Origin: Mustelus asterias
Lineage: Eukaryota
Reading direction: 5' to 3'
Length of the DNA: 64,000 bases
Assembly (NCBI RefSeq): GCF_964213995.1
Contig: NW_027590123.1
Coordinates: 124,001 to 188,000, forward strand
Part shown: one piece after another, positions 1 through 9,840 of the stretch
Layout of the letters: the number at the start of each line of letters is the position of its first letter
How positions within the stretch are numbered: position 1 is the stretch's first letter
Notes under the pieces: model-generated
Told to the model about the DNA's origin: nothing
The model's database searches: none
What the model saw: only the letters and a program-made list of their open reading frames with translations
Translations under genes and position numbers: made by a program

Positions 1-346
1 ATTCAAACTACAGTCCTTCAATTATAACAGAATATGTGGCTGTATGTAGCTGCCTCGGCCGTGGTCAACCCCAACACTGCCTTCTTGAACTGCTGCAATG
101 CCTGAGGTATAGGTGACCCAAAGTGCTGTTAGGGAGGGATTTCCAGCTACACATTCCTGACTTTCATTAGAATGTAAGTGGGTTCCAGATTGATATATTC
201 CATTCAACCACACCCAAGGTGAGTTATTCCAATTCCTTTATTGTCCAGGACAATATATTCACAATATCTTTAAAACAGAAATTAAACATTCCCATTTGAT
301 TTCAGGTACTAACATATTCTGTTCGATTGATCTTTATTGTCAATGT

Positions 347-972
347 CAGGCTGGGGTTGTTCCCCTTGGAGCAAAGGAGGTTGAGGGGAGATTTGATAGA
401 GGTGGACAAGATTCTGACAGGTTTAGATAAGGTGGACAAAGAAAATCTGTTCCTATTAGCTGATGGGACAAGGATGACAAGCAAATTTAAAGTTTTGGGT
501 GGGATCACAGAATCAGAGAAACCCTACAGTGCAGAAAGAGGCCATTTGGCCCATCGGGTCTGCACCGACCACAATCCCACCCAGGCCCTACCCCCATATC
601 CCTACACATTTACCCGCTAATCCCTCTAACCTACGCATCTCAGGACTCTAAGGGGCAATTTTTAGCATGCCCAATCAAACTAACCCGCACATCTTTGGAC
701 TGTGGGAGGAAACCAGAGCACCCGGAGGAAACCCACGCAGACACGAGGAGAATGTGCAAACTCCACACAGACTGTGACCCAAGCCGGGAATCGAATCCAG
801 GTCCCTGGAGCTGTGAAGCAGCAGTGCTAACCACTGTGCTACCGTGCTGCCCATGTGAGGAATAATATTTTGATGCAGCGAATGGTAATGATCTGGAACT
901 CGCTGCCTACGAGGGTGGAGGAAGTGGAGACAATAAACAATTACAAAGGAAATTGGATGGGCATTTGGGAGG
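347..972 (+). mobile_element. CR1-clade LINE 3' ORF2 fragment, interrupted by a SINE
   Basis: Translates to LGLFPLEQRRLRGDLIEVDKIL...QRMVMIWNSLP; the same fragment recurs at ~6490-6750 and ~11005-11318 as part of a duplicated unit. Confidence 0.8.
506..853 (-). mobile_element. tRNA-derived V-SINE (HE1-like)
   Basis: Minus strand has a tRNA-like head GGTAGCACAGTGG...GATTCGATTCC, the V-domain GTGTCTGCGTGGGTTTCCTCCGGGTGCTC and a CR1-type tail. Confidence 0.85.
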
Positions 973-1197
973 TTTCAAACAGAAATGCTGACTAAATATC
1001 TCTGAACTTCCGAGCACCCTGTCACTCTGTGATCCTTGTGAAATTTGAAACCAGGTATTCGCAACAAGACAAGAGCATCAGCCATTGGAGGCAAAGTTGT
1101 GAGACCGGTCAGTCCAGCAGAAACAAACCCTCCGACCCTCCCCATTGACCAATATAATTGAAAACAGAAACAATAACAGCAGAATCGACCACTGGAA

Positions 1198-1430
1198 CCA
1201 CTCGTGAACTCGCTGGTGTACCAATAGCTGAGATGAAAGACTGAATCTCTTCTCACACACAGAACAGCTGAACGGTCTCTCCCCAGTGTGAATTCCCTGG
1301 TGTGTCTGCAGGCAGAATAACCGAGAGAACCCCTTTCCACACACAGAGCAGGTGAACGGTTTCCACCCAGTGTGAACTCGCTGGTGTGTCTGCTGGCTGG
1401 ATGAATCACTGAACCGCTTCCCACACAGAG
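1198..1430 (-). pseudogene. Out-of-frame C-terminal fingers 13-15 of ZNF-1
   Basis: [18 protein letters not shown]...LLVHQRVHE lies in another frame; the family stop TGA has become TGG. Confidence 0.8.
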
Positions 1431-2458
1431 TAGGTGAAAGGCCTCTCCCCAATGTGAACTCGCTGGTGCCTCCGCAGGTGGGATGACTGAGTGAATCCCT
1501 TCCCACACAGAGAGCAGGTGAATGGTTTCTCCCCAGTGTGAACTCGCTGGTGTGTCCGCAGGCTGGATGAAGTTATGAATGCCTTCCCACACTGAGAGCA
1601 GGTGAACGGTCTCTCCCCAGTGTGAACTTGCTGGTGTGTCCGCAGGCTGGATGACCGAGTGAATCCCTTTCCACACTGAGAGCAGGTGAACGGTCTCTCC
1701 CCAGTGTGAACTCGCTGGTGTGTCCGCAGGCTGGATGAAGCTCTGAATCCCTCCCCACACTGAGAGCAGGTGAAGGGCCTCTCCCCGGTGTGAACTCGCT
1801 GGTGTCTCCACAGGTTGGAGGACCGAGTGAATTCCTTCCCACACAGAGAGCAGGTGAACGGCCTCTCCCCAGTGTGAACTCGCTGGTGTGTCCGCAGGTT
1901 GGATGAAGCTCTGAATCCCTTCCCACACTGAGAGCAGGTGAACGGCCTCTCCCCAGTATGAACCCGCTGGTGTGTCCGCAGGCTGGAAAACTGACTGAAT
2001 CCCTTCCCACACTGAGAGCAGGTGAATGGCCTTTCCCCAGTGTGAACTCGCTGGTGTCTCCACATGTTCGAGAACCGAGTGAATCCCTCCCCACACTGAG
2101 AGCAGGTGAATGGCCTCTCCCCAGTGTGAACTCGCTGGTGTGTCCGCAGGCTGGACAACTGACTGAATCCCTTCCCACACTGAGAGCAGGTGAATGGCCT
2201 CTCCCCAGTGTGAACTCGCTGGTGTGCCTGCAGATTGGATAACTGAGTGAATTTGTTCCCACACTGAGAGCAGGTGAACGGCCTCTCCCCAGTGTGAACT
2301 CGCTGGTGTGTCTGCAGGCTGGAAGACAGAGTGAATCCCTTCCCACACTGAGAGCAGATGAACGGCCTCTCCCCAGTGTGACTGCGCCGATGAGCGTCCA
2401 GCTGAGATGGGGCTTTGTATCTCTTCCCACAATCCACACATTTCCATGGTTTCTCCAT
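1406..2458 (-). CDS. C2H2 zinc-finger protein ZNF-1 (12 intact fingers, then a frameshift)
   Basis: ATG in CACCATGG at 2458 (MEKPWKC); 12 CxxC...HxxxH units with TGERP linkers; 2-bp loss near 1425. Confidence 0.85.
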   Translation of the reverse strand: MEKPWKCVDCGKRYKAPSQLDAHRRSHTGERPFICSQCGKGFTLSSSLQTHQRVHTGERPFTCSQCGNKFTQLSNLQAHQRVHTGERPFTCSQCGKGFSQLSSLRTHQRVHTGERPFTCSQCGEGFTRFSNMWRHQRVHTGERPFTCSQCGKGFSQFSSLRTHQRVHTGERPFTCSQCGKGFRASSNLRTHQRVHTGERPFTCSLCGKEFTRSSNLWRHQRVHTGERPFTCSQCGEGFRASSSLRTHQRVHTGERPFTCSQCGKGFTRSSSLRTHQQVHTGERPFTCSQCGKAFITSSSLRTHQRVHTGEKPFTCSLCGKGFTQSSHLRRHQRVHIGERPFTYSVWEAVQ

Positions 2459-2978
2459 GGTGCAGGTGTCCTTGCCGCTCTCTTGGGTGGACAATCAGTT
2501 GATGCCTCGTCTAGGCACAACACCAGTATGGTCTCTCCTCACTGTGAATGGTGTGATATTTATTCAGGCTGTGTAACTGGTTAAAGCTCTTTAGTCAGTG
2601 CATTGGAACACTCTCACTCGAGTGTGGCAGTGTGTTGGTGCTTTTCCAGTCACACTGATGTTTGAATTTCTTTTCAAATCGACAGACTGGACAAACATTT
2701 CCCCTTCAAGATTCAAAGGCCGATGATATTTCACTCCTAAGGAATATGACTGCCAGATCTAGACTTGACATTTGAGATTTCAGCCTGTAATTCCTCGTTC
2801 AATATCCTGTAAAATGAGTTAGAAATAGAAATAGAAATTCAGAACAGACAATTCTAGTTTCTATGGAACATTCTTTCCTCTCTCATTGTGCAAAAGCTGT
2901 AAATCTCCATCCCACACACTCTCCCTCCATTCTCACTCTGCTGTATCTGCTGTATGTCTTATGGTCTTATGGTCTTAT

Positions 2979-3038
2979 CTAATATTCACCCTCCCGATTC
3001 TCCTGAAGGTGCTGATTGAAGCTGATTGACAGATCCAT
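2979..3038 (-). other. Conserved 19-codon micro-ORF (MDLSISFNQHLQENREGEY*)
   Basis: ATG in GAGCATGG; homologous copies at 8162-8221, 47730-47789 and 50011-50070. Confidence 0.6.
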
Positions 3039-3282
3039 GCTCACTGCTTCCTGTCCTGGACACAGAAATCATAAGAAATTGGAGCTGCAGTTGGCATTCA
3101 GCCCATCGAACTGCCTCAACCTTTGATTGAGAATTGGCTGATCTACCTCACACTATTTCCATAGGACCAATATTTCCCAAACTATCCCCCCAGGTTGCTC
3201 AATGCCTCAAAAGTTACCAATCTCTCTCTTGAAAATATTTGATGACTGAGGCTCCACAGTCCTCTGGAGCGCAGAATTCAAA

Positions 3283-3690
3283 CACTTTACTCACAGACAA
3301 TGGACCAAGCTCCGCGCAGCCACTGACACCAGGCCCGGACTCTGATTGGCTGGAGGACCAGCGTCCATCCGGTCCTCCACGCGTTGCCATTGGCTAATCT
3401 ACCGCATGTGGACAATGAGTGGGCGGAACCCGAGCCCACGTGAGGATGGGCGGGGCTTTGACCGCCAGCTGCGCTGACCTGCTGTCCAATCCGCAGTGTG
3501 CTGCTTCTGTAACCAGTGATATTGCTGCCAATGGGACACTGTGTGCTGGGAACGCCCCTCTGAGTCATTGTGACGGCACAATGGAGCCCTGCCTGAATCA
3601 GCCAATAGCAATCACTCTACTCCGCGGTGACGTCTCCGGGTTCAGGCGCGCGGACCCGGGAGCCCCGCCCCCACCCATTGTTCCCCCTGT
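3283..3690. promoter_or_regulatory. CpG-rich promoter/first exon of ZNF-1
   Basis: CpG-rich; ATTGG/CCAAT and GGGCGG boxes; dyad at 3351-3379; minus-strand GTGAGT donor at 3294-3289; reverse-complement homolog of ~49130-49500. Confidence 0.7.
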
Positions 3691-3957
3691 CTGTACATTC
3701 CACACATTGTTAGTCCAGTCAGATAGACATATATCTGTCTGGGAGCCTGCATGGAGATTTCCAGCTGTGTCCAGGACACAGAGAGCTGAAAGTGTCCAAT
3801 ACACATCTCTTTAGCCTGTCTTGATGCTCTCTCCACTCACATTGTTTGTATCTTAAAGACTTGATTAGTTGTAAGTTTTCGCATTCCAAGCATTATTCAT
3901 GTAAATTGAGTTTGTGTCTTTCTATGCCCTGTTTGTGAACAGAATTCCCACTCACCT

Positions 3958-4293
3958 GGCGGCACGGTAGCACAGTGGTTAGCACTGCTGCTTCACAGCT
4001 CCAGGGACCTGGGTTCGATTCCCGGCTTGGGTCACTGTCTGTGTGGAGTTTGCACATTCTCTTCGTGTCTGCGTGGGTTTCCTCCGGGTGCTCCGGTTTT
4101 CTCCCACAGTCCAAAGATGTGCGGGTTAGGTTGATTGGCCAGGTTAAAAATTGCCCCTTAGAGTCCTGGGATGCGTAGGTTAGAAGGATTAGCGGGTAAA
4201 TATGTGGGGGTAGGGCCTGGGTGGGATTGTGGTCGGTGCAGACTCGATGGGCCAAATGGCCTCTTTCTGTACTGTAGGGTTTCTCTATTCTCT
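3958..4293 (+). mobile_element. V-SINE (HE1-like), full length
   Basis: tRNA head with A/B boxes, V-domain and CR1 tail; flanked by a duplicated ACCTG. Confidence 0.85.
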
Positions 4294-4329
4294 ACCTGAA
4301 GAAGGGGCTTAAGGCTCCGAAAGCTTGTG
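4293..4329 (+). ncRNA. Minimal hammerhead ribozyme motif
   Basis: CTGAAGA-A-GGGGC-ttaag-GCTCC-GAAA-GC-TT-GTG. Confidence 0.6.
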
Positions 4330-5204
4330 TGGCTTTTGCTACCAAATAAACCTGTTGGACTTTAACCTGGTGTTGTTAAACTTCTTACTGTGTTTACCAC
4401 AGTCAAACGCCGGCATCTCCACTCCAGGACAGGAAGCAGTGAGCATGGATCTGTCAATAAATAGAACGGACAAGAGTTTGATATGCAAAGTGCCAGCATT
4501 GAATCAGTGGACCGAATGACCCCATTCTCGACCCTAATGTCTTGACTGATTTAAAGAGAGAAATTTCAGCTGCTCCACTCTCTCCAACTAACTGAATTGC
4601 CTCATCATGAAATCGTACACTGCAGAAGAGGCCCTTCAGCGCATCGAGTCTTCACCGACACGCAAGAAACACCTGACCTCCCACCGAATCCCATTTACCA
4701 GCACCTGGCCCATAGCCTTAAATGTTCTGACTTGCCAAGTGCCGATCCAGCTACTTTTTAATGATGTGAGTTGCCATTCGTGCAAATCTCCTCTGCACCC
4801 TCTCTAAGAACTTCACATCTTCCCGAAGGTCTGGGGCCCATAAATAGGGTTCCATTCTCGAGAGATAGAATTGAACAGCAGGGATGTTATATTCAAAAAT
4901 TGGCCCACAATAATACCACTTTACACAAGTAAAAAATCAAAACAAACTAGATTGTAAACTTCATCTCTGAATTTTTTTGTTATATTCCATAACTTAATTA
5001 CTTTTATTTGATGAGTTTTTTTAGGGATGGATAACTTCTGTTCTTTATAAACTGCTTCACTCATTTTGTTGATTCTACATGTTCTCAGAGAATCAGAACC
5101 CAGACTTTATCATCCTTATCCTTTTTCCCCTTTTGCCACCACTCCCTCTGTTTTGCGGGAGGGTCGTGGGGTTTCCAATCAGAACTAATCATTTTATCAG
5201 AAAA

Positions 5205-5380
5205 GTTAAATACTGCGGATGCTGGAATCTGAAACAACAACAGAAAATACTGGAAAAGCTCAGCAGGTCTGGCAGCATCTGTGGAGACAGAGTGGAGCCA
5301 ATGTTTCAAGTATGGATGACCCTTCATAAGAGCTGTTATGAAATGTCTTCCAGTCTCGAAACGTTGGCTGTATTCTCTAA
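5205..5380. mobile_element. Degenerate short repeat, probably Penelope-derived
   Basis: AAATACTGCGGATGCTGGAATCTGAAAC...CAGCAGGTCTGGCAGCATCTG with a decayed CTCGAAACGTT; similar sequence at ~42510-42620. Confidence 0.4.
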
Positions 5381-6034
5381 TAATTTTATCAATAAGTTTC
5401 TTGTTCTTAGTTTCCAAATAGCAGGTAAGAGCTCTGATTTTTCACTGGCCATGCTTGGGTAGGATTATAACCATTAGAATCTACTCTCAGAGGTCTGCTT
5501 TTCAGTCCAGTGCGACTTGGAGTATACCGTCACTTCACTGAATATCGGATCACAAGTCCCTCACAGTTCTGATCACAAATTTGGGATAAAATAATTTAAA
5601 CAATGCCTGAGAACGCTTTTTAACTAACTATCTACCACTGTTTGTTGATTGGTCAGACCCCCTTTTTACAGATTCAGGAATCTCAGCCACTGAACACCAG
5701 CCGGTCCTGGAATAAGTTTAATTCTAACTCATTCTGAGTAAATATTCTCACCAGGTCCTCTGTCGGGGCCCTGCGAAGCAGCTTTAATGGTCTGTGATTG
5801 CAGAAACTGAGCAGTCACAGGAATGTGGTCAAGATAGTCCAGTCCCATAATGCCTCACATTCAATCTGCAGTCCTTCAATTATAACAGAATATGTGGCTG
5901 TATGTAGCTGCCTCGGCCATGGTCAACCCCAACACTGCCTTCCTGAACTGCTACAATGCCTGAGGTGTAAGTACACCGTAAGAAGTCTCAAAACACCAAG
6001 TTAAAGTCCAACAGGTTTATTTGGTAGCAAACGC

Positions 6035-6069
6035 CACTAGCTTTCGGAGCGCTGTTCCTTCATCAGGTG
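6035..6069 (-). ncRNA. Minimal hammerhead ribozyme motif
   Basis: Reverse complement reads CAC-CTGATGA-A-GGAAC-agc-GCTCC-GAAA-GC-TA-GTG. Confidence 0.65.
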
Positions 6070-6120
6070 AGTGGGAGTTCTGATTATAAAAAATCCTGTT
6101 TTGTGAACAGAACTCCCACT

Positions 6121-6155
6121 CACCTGACGAAGGAGCAGCGCTCCGAAAGCTAGTG
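6121..6155 (+). ncRNA. Minimal hammerhead ribozyme motif
   Basis: CAC-CTGACGA-A-GGAGC-agc-GCTCC-GAAA-GC-TA-GTG, with stems I and II fully paired. Confidence 0.75.
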
Positions 6156-7007
6156 GCGTTTCCTACCAAATAAACCTGTTGGACTTTAACTTGTTGTCAG
6201 ACTTCTTACTGTGTTTACCCCAGTCCAACACCAGCATCTCCAGGTTGTGTAAGTACATCCACAGTGCTGTGAGGGAAAGATTTCCAGCTACACATTCCAG
6301 ACTTTCACTGGACTGTAGGTGGATACCAGATTGAGATACTCCATTCAACCATACCCAAGGTGAGTTATTCCAATTCCTTTATTGTCCAGGACAATATATT
6401 CACAATATCTTTAAAACAGAATTTAAACATTCCCATTTGATTTCAGGTACGAACATATTCTGTTAGTTTGTTCTTTATTGTCAATGTCAGGCTGGGGTTG
6501 TTCCCCTTGGAGCAAAGGACAAGATTCTGACAGGTTTAGATAAGGTGGACAAAGAAAAGCTGTTCCCATTAGCTGATGGGAGAAGGAGAGGGGGTCACAG
6601 ATATAAAGTTTCGGGTCAGAGATGTAGGGGGGGATGTGAGGAAGAATATTTTGATGCAGCGAATGGTAATGACCTGGAACTCGCTGCCTACGAGGGTGGA
6701 GGAAGTGGAGACAATAAACAATTACAAAGGAAATTGGATGGGCATTTGGGAGGTTTCAAACAGAAATGCTGACTAAATATCTCTGATCTTCCTCACACCC
6801 TGTCACCCTGTGATCCTAGAGAAATTTGAAACCATGTATTCGCAACAAGACTCAAAGAGCATCAGCCCACTGGAGGCCAAGTTGTGAGACTGGTCAGTCC
6901 AGCAGAAAGAAACCCTCCGACCCTCCCCATTGACCAACTGTGAGAATGAACAAAATGCAGTCCTGGATGTAATTGAGAGCAGAAACAATAACAGCAGAAT
7001 CCAACCC

Positions 7008-7675
7008 TGTGAACTTGTTGGTGTCTCAGCAGCTGGGATGAAATTCTGAACCCTTTTTATACACTCAGCAGGTGGACAGTTTCTCCCCAGTGTAACCTCT
7101 CTGATGTCTCAGCAGGTGGGATCACTGAGTGAATTCCTTCCCACACTGAGAGCAGGTGAATGGCCTCTCCCCATGTGAATTCGCTGGTGTCTCTGCAGGC
7201 TGGATGAAGCTCTGAATCTCTTCCCACACTGAGAGCAGGTGAATGGCCTCTCCCCAGTGTGAACTCGCTGGTGTTTCCGCAGGTTGGATAACTGAGTGAA
7301 TCCCTTCCCACACTGAGAGCAGGTAAACGGCCTCTCCCCGCTGTGAACTCGCTGATGTGTCCGCAGGACGGATGACCGAGTGAATCCCTTCCCACACTGA
7401 GAGCAGGTAAACGGCCTCTCCCCGCTGTGAACTCGCTGGTGTCTCTGCAGGTCGGATGACCGAGTGAATCTCTTCTCACACTGAGAGCAGGTGAACGGTC
7501 TCTCCCCAGTGTGAACTTGCTGGTGTGCCCGCAGGACGGATGACTGAATGAATCCCTCCCCACACTGAGAGCAAATGAATGGCCTCTCCCCAGTGTGGTT
7601 GCGCCGATGAGCATCCAGCAGACATGGGGCTCTGTATCCCTTCCCACAGTCCGCACATTTCCATGGTTTCTCCAT
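7008..7675 (-). pseudogene. ZNF-2, truncated C2H2 gene (6 intact fingers, then a frameshift and stops)
   Basis: ATG at 7675; 1-bp deletion near 7172; downstream fingers contain TGA; upstream donor is decayed and the promoter is replaced by CR1/Tx1 sequence. Confidence 0.75.
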
Positions 7676-8161
7676 GGTGCAGGTGTCCTTACCTCTCTCT
7701 TGGGTGGACAATCAGCTGAAGCCTCGTCCACACACAGAACACGAGTACAGTCTCTCCCCACTGTGAATGGTGTGATATTTATTCAGGCTGTGTAACTGGT
7801 TAAAGCTCTTCAGTCAGTGCACTGGAACACACTGACTCGAGTGTGGCCATGTGTTGATGCTTTTTCAGTCAGATTGATGTTTGAAATCTTTTCAAATTTC
7901 CTTCCAGATTCAATGGCCGATGATATTCACGTCCCAAGGAATATGACTCTGCCAGATCTCGATGTGACGTTCGAGATTTTAGCCTGTGATTCCTCTTTCA
8001 ATATCCTGTAAAACAAGTTGACACAAGTCATCACTGTCAGTACAGGATCGAAATTCAGAACAGCCAATTCCAGTTTCTATGGAACATTCTTTCTCTCTCA
8101 TTCCCCAAAAGCTGTAAATCTCCATCCCACACACTCTCCCTCCATTCTCACTCTGCTGTAT

Positions 8162-8221
8162 CTAATATTCACCCTCCCAATTCTCCTGAAGGTGCTGATT
8201 GAGGCTGATTGACAGATCCAT
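8162..8221 (-). other. 19-codon micro-ORF (MDLSISLNQHLQENWEGEY*)
   Basis: Identical to 50011-50070. Confidence 0.6.
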
Positions 8222-8469
8222 GCTCACTGCTTCCTGTCCTGGACAGAGAGAGCTGAAAATTTCCATGCAAACTGCCAGACAGATCTATGCCCATATGACT
8301 GGAGTAAAAATGTGTGGAATATACCGACTGGATTCACTTCCTTTCCCTTCAGTTGCTGCAAGTCCCCAATTTCCCCCAGAATGAGAAAAGAAATGGAAAG
8401 GGGGAAACATTGATTTCCTCCCAGGTGTTGCCATCTTTTTAGGTCAAACCAAATAAACTAACTCAGATC

Positions 8470-8775
8470 AAAGACTATTTCCTCGGGTGGATGGAGCTAT
8501 TACAAGGGGGCATAACTATAGGGTTCGTGGTGGGAGATACAGGAAGGATATCAGAGGTAGGTTCTTTACGCAGAGAGTGGTTGGGGTGTGGAATGGACTG
8601 CCTGCAGTGATAGTGGAGTCAGACACTTTAGGAACATTTACGCGGTTATTGGATAGGCACATGGAGCACACCAGGATGATAGGGAGTGGGATAGCTTGAT
8701 CTTGGTTTCAGATAAAGCTCGGCACAACATCGTGGGCCGAAGGGCCTGTTCTGTGCTGTCCTGTTCTATGTTCTA
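8470..8775 (+). mobile_element. CR1 LINE 3' end
   Basis: TRGHNYRVRGGRYRKDIRGRFFTQRVVGVWNGLP followed by a TTCTATG tail. Confidence 0.8.
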
Positions 8776-8779
8776 AGTC

Positions 8780-9600
8780 AGGACAAAGTAAAAGGGGCAG
8801 CTCCCCAAAAAGGAGGGGGAACAGCCCGAACAGAAATCAAAATACAAAGGAAACTTAAAAACATCAAATTAAAATGTGATTATTAGGGTCAATAATGCAC
8901 CCCAACCCCTGCGGTGCCCAGCGGGCGCGGAAGTCGTCAACCGCGCCCGTGGACACCGCATGCTCCCTCTCCAGGGACACCTGGCCGCGAACGTAGCCGC
9001 GGTAGAGGGGAAGACAGTCAGGATGGACGGCCCCCTCGATCGCCCGCTGCCTGGACCGGTAAATGGTGCGTATCGCCAGGAGCAGGTTCACGAGGAGGTC
9101 GCCATCCCGACCCTCCCCTCTCCGCACCGGGTGTCCGTAGATCAGGAGCATGGGACTGAAGTGCAAACAAAACACCAATAAAAGGTTCTTTAGGAAAACA
9201 TAAAGGGAGTGCAGCCTAAGACACTCAACATAGACATGGTCCACGGACTCCACAAGGCCGCAGAAAGGGCAGTCTTCGGAGCCCGTGAACCAGTGAATCC
9301 TACGGTTGTGCGGAACTGCTGCATGCATCACCCTCCACCCCAGGTCCCCGACGTAATTGGGGGAGATCCCTCCATAGAGGGACCTCCAGCGGGGACCTCC
9401 GCTGCCCGGCGGCAACAAGGCCCGCCAAGGTGTATCCGGGCGACAGGCGAGGAGGCAGTAGTGGAGGGTGTGCAGCAGCAGCCCGCACAGGAAACGCCTC
9501 CGCGCAGTAGAAAAAGGCACGGAGGGCATTTCCGCGAGGCGGCTCAGGCTGTGGGGCACCTCACCCAGGCTTTGGGCCAATGTGGAATTCCGTCCAAACA
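8780..9600 (-). mobile_element. L1/Tx1-clade LINE 3' fragment (C-terminal zinc knuckle)
   Basis: ORF 8864-9580 contains W..LY...DLGWRVMH...CPFCGLVESVDHVYVEC; the same 3' end occurs at 57165-57360. Confidence 0.75.
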
Positions 9601-9624
9601 GGGGAACGCTCGGGCGGGATCAAG

Positions 9625-9840
9625 CCTCCAATTTTACTTTAAGCTCTCAAACTGTGGACTCCTCAGTCCAAACATGGGCTTCACTGCATTCTTGCTGAGG
9701 GATTTAAATGTTGGAAACACCCCTGGTTTCCAATGGTCCTCTAGGCTTCCAGTCCCACAGCTGGTTCACAGCTCCTGGTCCCACAAGTGGTGGCTTCCAA
9801 GCTAACTGCAGACTGTCCGCTGGAACCAGGTCATTGATTG
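9625..9840 (-). repeat. Unclassified dispersed repeat (possibly LTR-derived)
   Basis: Reverse complement of ~60800-60960 (GTGGGACCAGGAGCTGTGAACCAGCTG...GAGGAGTCCACAG). Confidence 0.5.

Larger units (their letters stand above)
3797..4423 (+). mobile_element. Penelope-like terminal-repeat fragment with a nested SINE
   Basis: Matches the 3' repeat of the GIY-YIG element at 53239-54312; ends ...CCGGCATCTCCAC. Confidence 0.75.
5976..6246. mobile_element. Palindromic Penelope-like terminal-repeat insertion
   Basis: Inverted arms ~5978-6080 and ~6100-6210; GTGTAAGTACA duplicated at 5965-5975 and 6247-6257; absent from the paralogous site near position 110. Confidence 0.8.

Noticed and set aside
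1573-2523. Repeat-rich ORFs ([20 protein letters not shown]) and antisense ORFs over the ZNF exons as separate genes
   Set aside because: They are alternative frames of the 84-bp finger repeat
2459-3060. KRAB, SCAN, BTB or SET effector exon upstream of the fingers
   Set aside because: No such motif was recognised, and the leaders contain in-frame stops just before the ATG
3958-4030. tRNA genes at SINE heads
   Set aside because: The A/B boxes continue into a V-domain and LINE tail, so these are SINEs
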